NCBI GenBank assembly: GCA_040752575.1
Contig: JBFMGK010000066.1
Location: 14,640 to 78,639 of the forward strand
Source of the DNA: Candidatus Bipolaricaulota bacterium
GTDB taxonomy: Bacteria > Bipolaricaulota > Bipolaricaulia > UBA7950 > UBA9294
DNA length: 64,000 nucleotides
Direction: 5' to 3'
Shown here: positions 39,728 through 49,496 of the stretch, piece by piece
How the letters are laid out: every line of letters starts with the position of its first letter
How positions within the stretch are numbered: the first letter of the stretch is position 1
The notes under the pieces: generated by a model
What the model was told of the DNA's origin: nothing
Seen by the model: the letters and a program-made list of their open reading frames with translations, nothing else
The model's database searches: none
Made by a program: the position numbers and the translations under genes

Positions 39728-41694
39728 TCTGCCTCGGCCTGCGCGGCCGCAACCACCTTCTCCTGGATGTGGCCCGGCACAGCCTGATAGCGAGCGAACA
39801 CCATCTCGAACGTCGCCCGACCTTGCGTGCGTGACTTCAGTTCCAGCGCATAGCTCTGCAGTTCGGCAAGAGGAGCTTCGGCGTGGATGACCGTCACGCG
39901 CCCCGACGGCTCCATACCGAGGATCCGCCCGCGCCGCCCGTTCATGTCGCTGATGATGTCGCCCGTGTACTCCTCCGGAACGCGGACGTGAACCGTCATG
40001 ATCGGCTCCAAGAGACACGGTTCCGCATTGTCGAAGGCCTCGCGGAAGGCGTGACGGGCAGCAAGCTTGAACGCCAATTCGGAGGAGTCCACGGGGTGGA
40101 AACTCCCGTCATAGACGGCCACGAGAACGTCCGTCACGGGATACTTGGCCAGCCCCCCTTCCTCCAGGGCTTCGAGAACGCCCTTCTCCACGCCGGGAAC
40201 GTACTGCCCCGGAATCGACGCGCCCTTGATCTCGTCCACGAACTTGTACCCGCCTTCTCCCTTGTAGGGCTCGACGCGCAAGTACACCTCACCGAACTGG
40301 CCGCGCCCACCCGTCTGCTTCTTGTGGCGGTATTTCGCCTCGGCCTTCTTGCGGATCGTCTCCTTGTAGGGAATCCGAGCCTGGCGCGTGTCGAGCGATA
40401 CGTTGTAGCGATTCTTCAGCCGCTCGATGACCACGCCGAGATGGATGTCTCCCATGGCGTGGATGGCCAATTCTTTCGTCACCGCGTCTCGCTCGACGAG
40501 CACGGTCGCCTTCGTCGCAGCGATTTCCTTCAACGCCACGCTCATCTTCTCGACGTCGGCCTGCGTCTTGGGAACGATGGCCCGGATGAACCCGGGGCGT
40601 GGAAAGGCCGGGAAAGAAAAGGCCGGTGCGTCTTGCGTCGCAGCGAGCGTCGCTCCCAGCGTAACGCCGTCCGCCTTCGCAATGGCCACGACGTCTCCCG
40701 CGGAGGCGCTCGACACTCGCTTCTGTTTCGTGCCTTCCAGGGCATACAAGTCGCGGATCTCGACCTTCGCACCCGTCTTCACGTCGACGAGCGGCTTTGC
40801 CTCCTGAATCGCCCCTTCGAGCACCCGAACGTACGCCAGTCGCCCAAGGTACGGGTCATTCGTCAAGTTGAACGCCACGACGCGTGGCGCTGCGGTGGTG
40901 GCGCCGGGGCGATCCACCGTCAGGGTAACGAGCGACTTGAGCAGCAGATCGACACCCTTCTCCTCCACGCCTGCGGTACAGAAGGCCGGAACGATCTGTC
41001 CCGCGGCAACGCCTTTGGCAAGTGCAGCCGCGACTTCCGCATCGCTGATCGGCTGTTCGTCGAGGAACTTCATCATCAGCTCATCGTCGGCGGTCGCGAC
41101 CTCTTCGAGAAGCTCGCTTCGCGCCTCGGCGACCGCGTCCGTCATGTCCGCGGGGATGTCCTTCTTGCCCTTCTCCGCGAACCACATCGCTCGCTGGCCG
41201 ACGAGATCCACCACTCCGGCAAACGCGCCGCCGGAGCGGATCGGAAGCTGAACGGGCAGGATCTTCCCCTCGAAGCTCTCGCGAAGCGCCGCCACGGCCG
41301 CAGCGAAGTTCGCGTTTTCCTTGTCCATTTGGTTCACGACAATCGCCAGAGGGTATTTGCCGCCGCGCGCAACGTGCCAGGCGCGTTCCGTCACAACCTC
41401 AACCGCTTTCTCGGCGTTGACGACGAGCGCCGACACATCCGAGACGGGGATGGCCTTGTACATCTCCTCGACGAACTCGTCTCCCCCGGGGGTGTCAAGC
41501 AGCGTGACCGCAATCCCGTCGACCTGGAAGGCTCCGATTCCCATGTCGATCGTGGTCTTGCGGTCCTTTTCCTCCTGCGATGCGTCGAGAGAAATCTGGT
41601 CCTTCACTCCGGCTCGCTTCATCATCGCGAGCGCGAGCGTTGTCTTTCCGCATCCGGAATGGCCCACCAGACAGATGGTCCGTGCTTGCCCCAT
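39724..41694 (-). CDS. Elongation factor G-like protein (EF-G2)
   Basis: GHSGCGKTT, DTPGG, PYKETI, HKKQTGGRGQFG, DGSFH.VDSSE.AF, LLEPI; 656 aa. Confidence 0.9.
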   Translation of the reverse strand: MGQARTICLVGHSGCGKTTLALAMMKRAGVKDQISLDASQEEKDRKTTIDMGIGAFQVDGIAVTLLDTPGGDEFVEEMYKAIPVSDVSALVVNAEKAVEVVTERAWHVARGGKYPLAIVVNQMDKENANFAAAVAALRESFEGKILPVQLPIRSGGAFAGVVDLVGQRAMWFAEKGKKDIPADMTDAVAEARSELLEEVATADDELMMKFLDEQPISDAEVAAALAKGVAAGQIVPAFCTAGVEEKGVDLLLKSLVTLTVDRPGATTAAPRVVAFNLTNDPYLGRLAYVRVLEGAIQEAKPLVDVKTGAKVEIRDLYALEGTKQKRVSSASAGDVVAIAKADGVTLGATLAATQDAPAFSFPAFPRPGFIRAIVPKTQADVEKMSVALKEIAATKATVLVERDAVTKELAIHAMGDIHLGVVIERLKNRYNVSLDTRQARIPYKETIRKKAEAKYRHKKQTGGRGQFGEVYLRVEPYKGEGGYKFVDEIKGASIPGQYVPGVEKGVLEALEEGGLAKYPVTDVLVAVYDGSFHPVDSSELAFKLAARHAFREAFDNAEPCLLEPIMTVHVRVPEEYTGDIISDMNGRRGRILGMEPSGRVTVIHAEAPLAELQSYALELKSRTQGRATFEMVFARYQAVPGHIQEKVVAAAQAEAE

Positions 41695-41732
41695 GTCGAT
41701 GCCCCCTTGGGTGAAAAACGGAAGTCGCGGGC

Positions 41733-41761
41733 AGTATACCCACGGGCCCCAACGATGGCAA
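41733..41761 (-). promoter_or_regulatory. Putative promoter for EF-G2/CBS
   Basis: TTGCCA, 17 bp, TATACT. Confidence 0.65.
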
Positions 41762-41928
41762 GGCAGCGCATGACGCACGAAATGCAGTGGACATCAGTGT
41801 TTCTTCGCTTGCGCGCCAAGCGGACGACACGGCACTCGCGACGTTCGCTCTGACTGGGTCTATGCTTGCGCGCATCTCGCTCCGGCGGGTATCCTGCCCT
41901 CACACGATCGACAAGGCGGGAGGTCGTC

Positions 41929-43530
41929 ATGCCGCGCCAACTCATGTCAGGCGATGAGGCTCTTGCCCAGGGCGCCATCGACGCCGGATTGTCCGGTGCT
42001 TATGCGTATCCGGGCACTCCGTCGACCGAAATCACGGAGTACATCCTCCACTCGGCAGGAACCCGCGACGGCCTGCCGATCGCCCGCTGGACGGCCAACG
42101 AGAAGACGGCCCTAGAAGCGGCGCTCGGCATGTCCTATGCCGGCAGGCGCGCCATGGCCAGCATGAAGCACGTCGGTCTCAACGTAGCGGCGGACCCATT
42201 CCTGAACATGGCCATCTCCGGCGTCCAGGGAGGCCTTCTGGTCAATGTGGCCGACGACCCGTCCATGCACTCCTCACAGAACGAGCAGGACTCGCGTCAC
42301 TATGCCGACTTCGCTCTCGTGCCGTGCGCCGAACCGTCGGATGCGCAGGAGGCCTACGAGATCCCGCGACAAGCCTTCGCCCTTTCCGAACGTCTGCGTC
42401 TCCCGGTTCTCGTTCGCCTGACAACCCGCCTTGCCCACGGCCGGTCTCTTGTCCAGCTAGGTACGCCACTCCCCCCGACGGATCTCGGCCCCTCGTCGGA
42501 TCGCGAGCGGTTTGTCCTGCTTCCCTCCAATGCGCGAAAGAGCTACGCGCGATTGGTTGCGCTTCAGGCCGAGCTCGAGGCCGAAAGCGAGCAACACCCG
42601 CTCAATCGGCTGGACGATCGCGGCGACCCGTCGTTGGGGATCATCGCTTGCGGGGTCGCGCACAGCTACCTCCTGGAGGCGGCGGACGGAGAAACGCTCC
42701 ATCCAACGCTCAAGATCGGTTTCTACCCGCCGCCGAGGCTCGCCATCGCCCGACTCGCCGCTCGGTGCCGCACCCTGCTCCTCCTCGAGGAGGGCTACCC
42801 GTTCCTGGAGTCGCGAGTCGGCGGACTGCTTCCCCGCAAGGATCTGGAGATTCGCGGTCGCCTGACCGGGCACTTGCCGCGCACCGGCGAGCTGTCTGCA
42901 GATCTTGTGGCTGCCGCCCTTGGCCGGAGAGAGACCGCGAGCCGGCCGCCCTCCTCCGTGCCGCGACCTCGTCCCCCCGCTCTGTGCCCGGGGTGTCCAC
43001 ACGCGGACACGTGCCGCGCGTTGTCCGCCGCTCTCTCGGACTACCCCGCCGCGCGCGTCTTCTCAGACATCGGCTGCTACACCCTGGGCGCTCTTCCTCC
43101 GTTCTCGGCACTGGACACGTGCATCGTCATGGGCGCTTCGATCACGATGGCGCGTGGAGCGTCCGACGCTGGCGTGCATCCCGCCGTCGCGGTCCTCGGG
43201 GACTCCACGTTTGCCCACTCGGGGATGACCGGCCTGTTGGACTGCATCAACGACCGTGCGAACGTCACTATTCTCCTCCTGGACAATGAAACCGTCGCGA
43301 TGACGGGGGGCCAACCGTCTGCCGCTATGGGCCGTCTATCGGCCATCTGCCGCGGACTCGGTGTGCTCGCGGAGAACCTTCACACGATCGTCCCTCATCC
43401 GTCGCAGCACGAGCGCAATGTCGAACTCCTGCGCTGCATACTTCGAACTCCCGGGCCGTCGGTCGTGATCGCCGAGCGCGAGTGCCTTCAGACGGCGAAA
43501 CGCCGCCCCGGGGCGGGTGAGGCTGCATGA
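41929..43530 (+). CDS. iorA: Indolepyruvate:ferredoxin oxidoreductase alpha subunit
   Basis: YPGTPSTEI, NEKTALE, MKHVGLNVAAD, HSSQNEQD, LCPGCPH, DIGCY, GDSTF.HSG. Confidence 0.92.
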   Translation: MPRQLMSGDEALAQGAIDAGLSGAYAYPGTPSTEITEYILHSAGTRDGLPIARWTANEKTALEAALGMSYAGRRAMASMKHVGLNVAADPFLNMAISGVQGGLLVNVADDPSMHSSQNEQDSRHYADFALVPCAEPSDAQEAYEIPRQAFALSERLRLPVLVRLTTRLAHGRSLVQLGTPLPPTDLGPSSDRERFVLLPSNARKSYARLVALQAELEAESEQHPLNRLDDRGDPSLGIIACGVAHSYLLEAADGETLHPTLKIGFYPPPRLAIARLAARCRTLLLLEEGYPFLESRVGGLLPRKDLEIRGRLTGHLPRTGELSADLVAAALGRRETASRPPSSVPRPRPPALCPGCPHADTCRALSAALSDYPAARVFSDIGCYTLGALPPFSALDTCIVMGASITMARGASDAGVHPAVAVLGDSTFAHSGMTGLLDCINDRANVTILLLDNETVAMTGGQPSAAMGRLSAICRGLGVLAENLHTIVPHPSQHERNVELLRCILRTPGPSVVIAERECLQTAKRRPGAGEAA

Positions 43531-44129
43531 TGAAGAGGGACGTCGTATTGGCCGCCGTCGGCGGCCAAGGCCTGCTGACGATCTCCGCCGTCATGGCCGA
43601 AGCGGCGCGCTTGCTCGGACTGCACGTACGCCAGTCCGAGGTTCATGGGATGGCGCAACGCGGAGGCGTCGTCCAAGGTACCGTGCGTTTCGCAGACCGC
43701 CCCATCTTCTCGGATCTCGTTCGCAGCGGGCAAGCAGATCTGATCCTCGCTCTTGAGCCCATGGAGGCGCTCCGGTATCTCCCGCTTCTCGCGCCGGACG
43801 GCTTCCTGTTGACGAGCTCCGTCCCCCTCCGCAATCTCCCCGATTACCCTCCCATCGCCGAAGTTCTCGCTGCCGTACGCGAGATCCCGCGACACGTCGT
43901 CCTGGACGCAGACGCTGCCGCACGGGCGGTGAACGCTCCGCGGTCGGCGAATGTCGTCATGTTGGGAGCGGGAGCAGCGGTCCTTGGGCTCGCAGAGGAC
44001 GCCTTGGCCGAGGCGCTGGAGAGAGCCTTCCAGCGCAAGCCGGGCGCCGCAGACGCGAACCTCCGTGCCTTCCGCGCCGGCCTCACGGCAGCACGCGAGG
44101 CCCTTGCCCGCGAACCCGAGGCCAGCTAG
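43527..44129 (+). CDS. iorB: Indolepyruvate:ferredoxin oxidoreductase beta subunit
   Basis: VGGQG, SEVHGMAQRGG, EP.EALR, NVVMLG. Confidence 0.92.
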   Translation: MMKRDVVLAAVGGQGLLTISAVMAEAARLLGLHVRQSEVHGMAQRGGVVQGTVRFADRPIFSDLVRSGQADLILALEPMEALRYLPLLAPDGFLLTSSVPLRNLPDYPPIAEVLAAVREIPRHVVLDADAAARAVNAPRSANVVMLGAGAAVLGLAEDALAEALERAFQRKPGAADANLRAFRAGLTAAREALAREPEAS

Positions 44130-44158
44130 GCTAGAAACCCTCCGTGGAGGTGACGGTC

Positions 44159-45052
44159 ATGTTTCGACGTCTTTTCTGGGTTGTTGCGTTCGTGCTCGCA
44201 CTCGGGCTCACGGCGGTTGCAGAGACGGCCGACAGCGGCATCGTCCGCATCGGCCTGTTCACGGACGTCCACGCGCACGACACGGACTCCCCGAACGAGC
44301 ACAAGGTCATGGTGAACTACGCCGAACGCATCTCGGCTTTCGTGGCTGCGATGACCGCGTGGTCGGCTGACGCGATCGTGCAATTGGGCGATCTCGTGAA
44401 CGGCGCCTTCGTGATGGGCGCACCCCTTGGCGATCCAGCCCGCATCGTGGGCATTCTGGACGACGTCCTCGGCCTGCTCGCGCCCTTCCCGGGTCCGGTC
44501 CTCCACGTCCTCGGCAACCACGACGTGTACGACCTGACCAAACAGGAGTTCCTCGCAGGAACGGGGTCAGAGGAGACGTTCTACAGTTACGACCTCGGGC
44601 TCTTCCATTTCGTCGTCCTGGACGCGCAGTTCACGAAGGCGGGCACCGACGTGGGACGCGTCGGTTGGATGGTGCAGGGCACCGTTCCCGAAGCGGAACT
44701 GGCCTGGCTCAGGGCGGACCTCGCCGCAACAGCGAAGCCCACGGTGATCCTTATCCACCAACCCCTCGACGTCGCCTTCGACCTTCTGGCCGGCGGCGCG
44801 CCGGTCTCGAACGCTGCAGCGGTCAGAGCCGCGCTTGTCGAGTCTGGAAATGTGATTGCCGTCTTCCAGGGACATGACCACGAGGACCGGTATCAGGTCA
44901 TCGACGGCGTCCCCTACGTAACGTTTGCCGCCATGGTGGATCACGACGTCGCGACGCCTCCGTCGTGGGCGGCCATCACCCTGGATCCCCAGACCCGCAC
45001 GATCCACGTCGAGGGTGTTAGCGAGCAGGCCACGCTCGACATCACGTTCTAG
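44159..45052 (+). CDS. Secreted calcineurin-like metallophosphoesterase 1
   Basis: Signal peptide; DVH, GDLVNG, GNHD, HQ, GHDH. Confidence 0.88.
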   Translation: MFRRLFWVVAFVLALGLTAVAETADSGIVRIGLFTDVHAHDTDSPNEHKVMVNYAERISAFVAAMTAWSADAIVQLGDLVNGAFVMGAPLGDPARIVGILDDVLGLLAPFPGPVLHVLGNHDVYDLTKQEFLAGTGSEETFYSYDLGLFHFVVLDAQFTKAGTDVGRVGWMVQGTVPEAELAWLRADLAATAKPTVILIHQPLDVAFDLLAGGAPVSNAAAVRAALVESGNVIAVFQGHDHEDRYQVIDGVPYVTFAAMVDHDVATPPSWAAITLDPQTRTIHVEGVSEQATLDITF

Positions 45053-45061
45053 GAGCTCAAG

Positions 45062-45979
45062 GTGAAGACGATGTTTCGTCGTTGGCGCACGATCCTGATG
45101 ACCGGCGTCGTCACGGCGTTGGTCGCCGTGTCCGCCCTCGGAGTCGAGGACATCGTACGCTTCGGCGTTTTCACAGATCTCCACGCCCACGATCTCGATT
45201 CGCCGCTCGAAGGAAAGTGGATGACGAACACGGAAGAACGTCTCACCGCCTTCACGGAGGCCATGAACCGGTCTCGGCCCGACTTCGTCATCCAGCTCGG
45301 CGACTTCGTCAACGGCTGGGTGGTGTTGGGGACCGATCCTGGCAGCCCGGACCGCATCCCCGAGATCCTGGCCTGGGCCGACGCGCAGTTCGCCGCGTTC
45401 CAGGGACCGCGGTATCACGTCATTGGCAATCACGACGTCTACAACCTCGACAAGGCCACCCTCCGCGCGGTTCTCGGCATGGAGCGAACGTCCTACAGCT
45501 TTGACGTCGGCCCGTTCCACTTTGTCGTCCTGGACGTGCAGTACGGACTCGACGGCAAGGATCTCGAGCACACTTACACCGGCGTCAGCGGGTACGTCCC
45601 CGACGCGCTGCTCGCTTGGCTGGAGAGCGATTTGGCCGAGGCCCGCGGTCGGCCGACCCTTGTCTTCGTACACCAGATGCTGAACGAGGTGGTGATCGAG
45701 TGGAACCGCGCCCTGATTGCCAACCAGGCCGAGGTGCAGCACGTCCTCGAGCAAGCGGGACATGTCGTTGCCGTTCTGCAGGGCCATGATCATGCCTACA
45801 GCCACGAGCTGATCGGTGGGATCCATTACGTCACGCTAGAGGCCCTCGTCGACCAGGGGACCCCGCCGTCGTGGGCGCTCGTAACCCTCGATGCCGTGTC
45901 GCAGATCGTGCGGGTCGACGGGTTCGGCGAACAGCCGAGCCTCGAGTTCACCTATTCGCTCGTCCCGCCGGCGGACTGA
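45062..45979 (+). CDS. Secreted calcineurin-like metallophosphoesterase 2 (paralog)
   Basis: Signal peptide; DLH, GDFVNG, GNHD, HQ, GHDH; colinear with the upstream gene. Confidence 0.88.
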   Translation: MKTMFRRWRTILMTGVVTALVAVSALGVEDIVRFGVFTDLHAHDLDSPLEGKWMTNTEERLTAFTEAMNRSRPDFVIQLGDFVNGWVVLGTDPGSPDRIPEILAWADAQFAAFQGPRYHVIGNHDVYNLDKATLRAVLGMERTSYSFDVGPFHFVVLDVQYGLDGKDLEHTYTGVSGYVPDALLAWLESDLAEARGRPTLVFVHQMLNEVVIEWNRALIANQAEVQHVLEQAGHVVAVLQGHDHAYSHELIGGIHYVTLEALVDQGTPPSWALVTLDAVSQIVRVDGFGEQPSLEFTYSLVPPAD

Positions 45980-46038
45980 CGGAGCGAGAGCGCTCTCGGC
46001 TTGCGCAACGCCGCGCCGCATCGTAGATTGGATGCACC

Positions 46039-47067
46039 ATGCTCGAATGGATCCGGCGGATGCCGAAGGTCGAACTGCACGTACATCTCGATGGATCGCT
46101 CCGTCTCAACACGCTGGAAGAGCTCGCCGCGGCGGCCCCGGAGAACGTCGGAATGCCGGTCACGGGAGATCTACGAGGCGCCGTCGTCCTCAAGGGCGCA
46201 CACCCGCTCGAGGACTACCTCGCGGCATTCGACTACACGGTCCCGGTACTGCAGACGCCGTCCGCTCTCACACGCGCCGCGTATGAGCTTTGCGCCGACG
46301 CGGCGGCGGAGAACGTCATCTACATCGAGCCGCGCTTTGCTCCACTCCTTCACACCCGCCTGGACCTCAAACCCCGGGACGTCGTGGCCGCCGTGCTTCT
46401 CGGGCTCCGACAGGCCCACGAGGAGTTCGGCATCGAGACCGGGCTTCTTCTCACCGCGCTGAGGCAGAATTCCACCGAGGAGTCGATCGAGACCGTTCAA
46501 CTGGCGGCGCAGTTCCGCCGTGAGGGGGTTGTGGGCTTCGACCTCGCGGGTCCGGAACGTCTCTTCCCCCTCCTGAAGCATCGGAAGGCCGTCGAGTTTG
46601 CCCATGACGCCGGGCTTCACGTGACCCTCCACGCCGGAGAAGGTTGCTGTCCCGAGCAGATCCGCGAGGCGATCGACCTGGGAGCCGATCGAATCGGCCA
46701 CGGCGTGCACTTGCTTGAGGCACCGCGTACCGAGCGGCGCGTCGCCGAACTGGGGATTCCGCTCGAGATGTGCCCGACCAGCAATCTCCAGGTGGGTGGG
46801 TTCTTGCGTTCCTACAAGGACCATCCGATCCAGCGATACCTGGAGTTGGGCATCCCGGTAACGGTCAACACCGACAACCGCCTCATGTCCGCCGTGGATC
46901 TCTCGCATGAGTTTCGAGCGCTCGTGCGCGCCTTCTCCTGGACGCGAGACATCGTCCACACCGTCACAAGCAACGCCATCCGTGCCGCGTTCGTTCCCGA
47001 AGACCGCAAGGCCGCCCTACAGGCTCGCGTCGACGCCTTCTTCTCATCCCATCGCGCGCGCCGCTAG
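46039..47067 (+). CDS. add: Adenosine deaminase
   Basis: PKVELHVHLDGS, GFDLAGPE, HAGE, RIGHG, CPTSN, NTDN. Confidence 0.92.
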   Translation: MLEWIRRMPKVELHVHLDGSLRLNTLEELAAAAPENVGMPVTGDLRGAVVLKGAHPLEDYLAAFDYTVPVLQTPSALTRAAYELCADAAAENVIYIEPRFAPLLHTRLDLKPRDVVAAVLLGLRQAHEEFGIETGLLLTALRQNSTEESIETVQLAAQFRREGVVGFDLAGPERLFPLLKHRKAVEFAHDAGLHVTLHAGEGCCPEQIREAIDLGADRIGHGVHLLEAPRTERRVAELGIPLEMCPTSNLQVGGFLRSYKDHPIQRYLELGIPVTVNTDNRLMSAVDLSHEFRALVRAFSWTRDIVHTVTSNAIRAAFVPEDRKAALQARVDAFFSSHRARR

Positions 47068-47717
47068 ACCAACGGACGCCCACCCTCGCGAGTCGGTCGG
47101 CTGTTCACGCTGCACTCGGCGACGAAACTCTGAATCTCCACGGTCGCGAGGAAGACGAGCGGCGCGAACTCCGTCACCTCGGCAACAAACCGCGCGCGTT
47201 CGTGACACGCGAGGTCGGCAATCTCGACGTCGACGTCGTCGAGTCTGACTCCATAGGCGTCATAGAAGCAGACCCGGACGACGACTTGGCGCAGGACGAA
47301 CTCCGCGCTGTTTCCGACGCTTCCTTCGACCCGCGGGGTGCCGTCGAGATACAGCCGCCAGGAGGGATCGACGAACGCGGGCACTTCGACATGCACGATC
47401 TCGCTGTACGTGCCACGCACGCCACGGTCGTCGGTGACCGTGAGCGCTACGAGGTAATCCCCGCCGGCAGCGTAGGCGTGCGTGGCCTCCGCGTATCCGT
47501 CAACAGGCATGGACCCGTCGCCGAACTCCCACGCCCAGCGAACGACCACGCGTCCTCCGCTCTCGGCAACTGCGCGGAACCTCATACCCCATGGCCCGCA
47601 CGCTCCCTCCGGGCACACAGTGAACGAGGCGCTGGGACGGACGATTGGGCCCCAACACGATGCCAGGGCGACGGCGCAGAGAACCGCGAGAAGCGCTGCC
47701 GCTCGACGAACGATCAC
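47064..47717 (-). CDS. PKD plus FxLYD-like domain lipoprotein
   Basis: Lipobox LASC; W.FGDG, H.Y..GG.Y.V.LTVTDDRG; G.VGN...V.FYD..G. Confidence 0.7.
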   Translation of the reverse strand: MIVRRAAALLAVLCAVALASCWGPIVRPSASFTVCPEGACGPWGMRFRAVAESGGRVVVRWAWEFGDGSMPVDGYAEATHAYAAGGDYLVALTVTDDRGVRGTYSEIVHVEVPAFVDPSWRLYLDGTPRVEGSVGNSAEFVLRQVVVRVCFYDAYGVRLDDVDVEIADLACHERARFVAEVTEFAPLVFLATVEIQSFVAECSVNSRPTREGGRPLV

Positions 47718-48049
47718 CCGAACAGCTCCAGATCGTCGCCCCGCCCGCGCGAGGTTCGCCAACCGAACCTCTGGAGGTCGATTCGCCCTCGTCCATCGAC
47801 GAGGATGCCTTCTTCCCGCAGACGCGTCAGCTGCTCATCGCCGAGGCTGGATTCGCCCTTCGCGTTGACCACTCGATGCCACGGGACGTCGGGGCGAGGA
47901 ACGCGCCCCAGAGCCGCCATCGCGTATCCCACCTGCCGCGCCCCGTTCGGGATCCCCGCCTCGCGGGCCACATCTCCATACGTTGAGACCCTCCCACGAG
48001 GGATCTGCCTCACCACCGCGTAGATCCGCTCATACAAGCCGGCTCCCAT
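47714..48049 (-). CDS. Alkyltransferase-like (ATL) protein
   Basis: IPRGRVSTYG, ARQVG, PWHRVVN (Trp in place of the MGMT catalytic Cys). Confidence 0.9.
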   Translation of the reverse strand: MGAGLYERIYAVVRQIPRGRVSTYGDVAREAGIPNGARQVGYAMAALGRVPRPDVPWHRVVNAKGESSLGDEQLTRLREEGILVDGRGRIDLQRFGWRTSRGRGDDLELFG

Positions 48050-48141
48050 GCCCGCCTCCTCACCCATCGAGTCTAGCGTTTTCGGCGTGCGCGAGGCGCC
48101 CTGGCCACCTGCCCGGTATACTCCACATGGGTGATCGAGCG

Positions 48142-48414
48142 ATGTGTCTTGCAGCGCCGGCACGTGTTGTCTCCGTTCTGGGCCGCACTGCGGTCGTCGA
48201 CTACGACGGGGTGCAGATGACCGCGCGGCTTGATGCGTTGGCGGACCCCCTGGCTCCCGGCGACTATGTTCTCATCCACTCCGGATTCGCGATTCGTCGC
48301 TTGTCGGCCGCTGACGGCGAGGAGACCCTCCGGCTGTTCGACGAGTTATCCCAGTCGCTGGGCTCCGCACCCGACGGAAGCGGCACCCGTCCCGGCAGAC
48401 CCGCTCCAAGATGA
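48142..48414 (+). CDS. hypC: [NiFe]-hydrogenase maturation protein HypC
   Basis: MCLAAP, GDYVLIH.GFAI. Confidence 0.93.
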   Translation: MCLAAPARVVSVLGRTAVVDYDGVQMTARLDALADPLAPGDYVLIHSGFAIRRLSAADGEETLRLFDELSQSLGSAPDGSGTRPGRPAPR

Positions 48415-49496
48415 GCCACCCGTTCCGCCTCGCCGATCCCCGTAAGGCGCGCGACCTCTCGCTGGCCATTCACCTTCTCGCACCGTCGCGGACGATCAAG
48501 CTCGTTCACGTCTGCGGAACGCATGAGATTGCGATCGCTCGACACGGTCTCCGGCGCCTTCTTCCTGACAGCGTCCAGATCCTCGAAGGGCCGGGCTGCC
48601 CGGTGTGTGTCACCCCAGCCGCCGACATTGAGCGCGCGGTCCGCATGTCCGAACAGGGCGCCATCGTCTGCACGTATGGAGACATGCTGCGGGTTCCCGG
48701 ACGGGGCCGCTCGCTCGATGACGCTCGCGCCGCCGGCGCGGACGTGCGGACCGTCCTCTCGGCGGACGAAGTCGCTCGCATCGCGCGCGCGACCTCTCGC
48801 GAGGTGGTGTTCTTCGCCGTCGGGTTCGAGACGACGGCGCCCATGACCGCCGCGGTCGCGCTGGATGCGCCTCCCCCGAATCTGTCCTTCCTCGTCGCCC
48901 ATAAGCTCATCCCTCCCGCCATGGCCGCGTTGCTGGATATGCCCGAGGTTGCTCTGGACGGATACCTCGCCCCCGGTCACGTGTCGACGATTCTTGGCTC
49001 CGCGGCGTACGAGCCGTGGCTGAGTCGACTGCGCGTCCCCGTCGTGATCGGCGGTTTCGAGCCCCTCGATGTACTCTATGCGCTGGCCTTGCTCGTGCGG
49101 CAGATTCGCGACGGCCTCGCCGTCGTCGAAAACGCGTACCCTCGCGCCGTGTCCTGCGGCGGCAACGAAGCTGCCCTCCGCCTGATTCGTGACGTTTTCG
49201 AACCTTGCGATGCCGCATGGCGTGGGATCGGGGAGATTCCGCTCTCGGGCCTTCGTCTGCTACCGCGCCACGCGAGCCTCGACGCGCTCGCTCGCTTCGA
49301 GGTCGGCGCGGTGGATGAAGCACCCACGATTCCAGGATGCCGCTGTGCCGAGGTCCTCACGGCCCGCGCCGTCCCCAGCGACTGCCCTCTGTTCGCCACG
49401 CGCTGCACGCCTCTCTCTCCCGTCGGCCCCTGTATGGTCGGTGCCGAAGGGGCCTGCGCGATCTGGTTCCGTTACCGTCGCAAGGAGGTTCCATGA
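48411..49496 (+). CDS. hypD: Hydrogenase maturation protein HypD
   Basis: VCGTH, GPGCPVC, GFETT, PGHVS, C-terminal Fe-S Cys motif. Confidence 0.95.
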   Translation: MSHPFRLADPRKARDLSLAIHLLAPSRTIKLVHVCGTHEIAIARHGLRRLLPDSVQILEGPGCPVCVTPAADIERAVRMSEQGAIVCTYGDMLRVPGRGRSLDDARAAGADVRTVLSADEVARIARATSREVVFFAVGFETTAPMTAAVALDAPPPNLSFLVAHKLIPPAMAALLDMPEVALDGYLAPGHVSTILGSAAYEPWLSRLRVPVVIGGFEPLDVLYALALLVRQIRDGLAVVENAYPRAVSCGGNEAALRLIRDVFEPCDAAWRGIGEIPLSGLRLLPRHASLDALARFEVGAVDEAPTIPGCRCAEVLTARAVPSDCPLFATRCTPLSPVGPCMVGAEGACAIWFRYRRKEVP

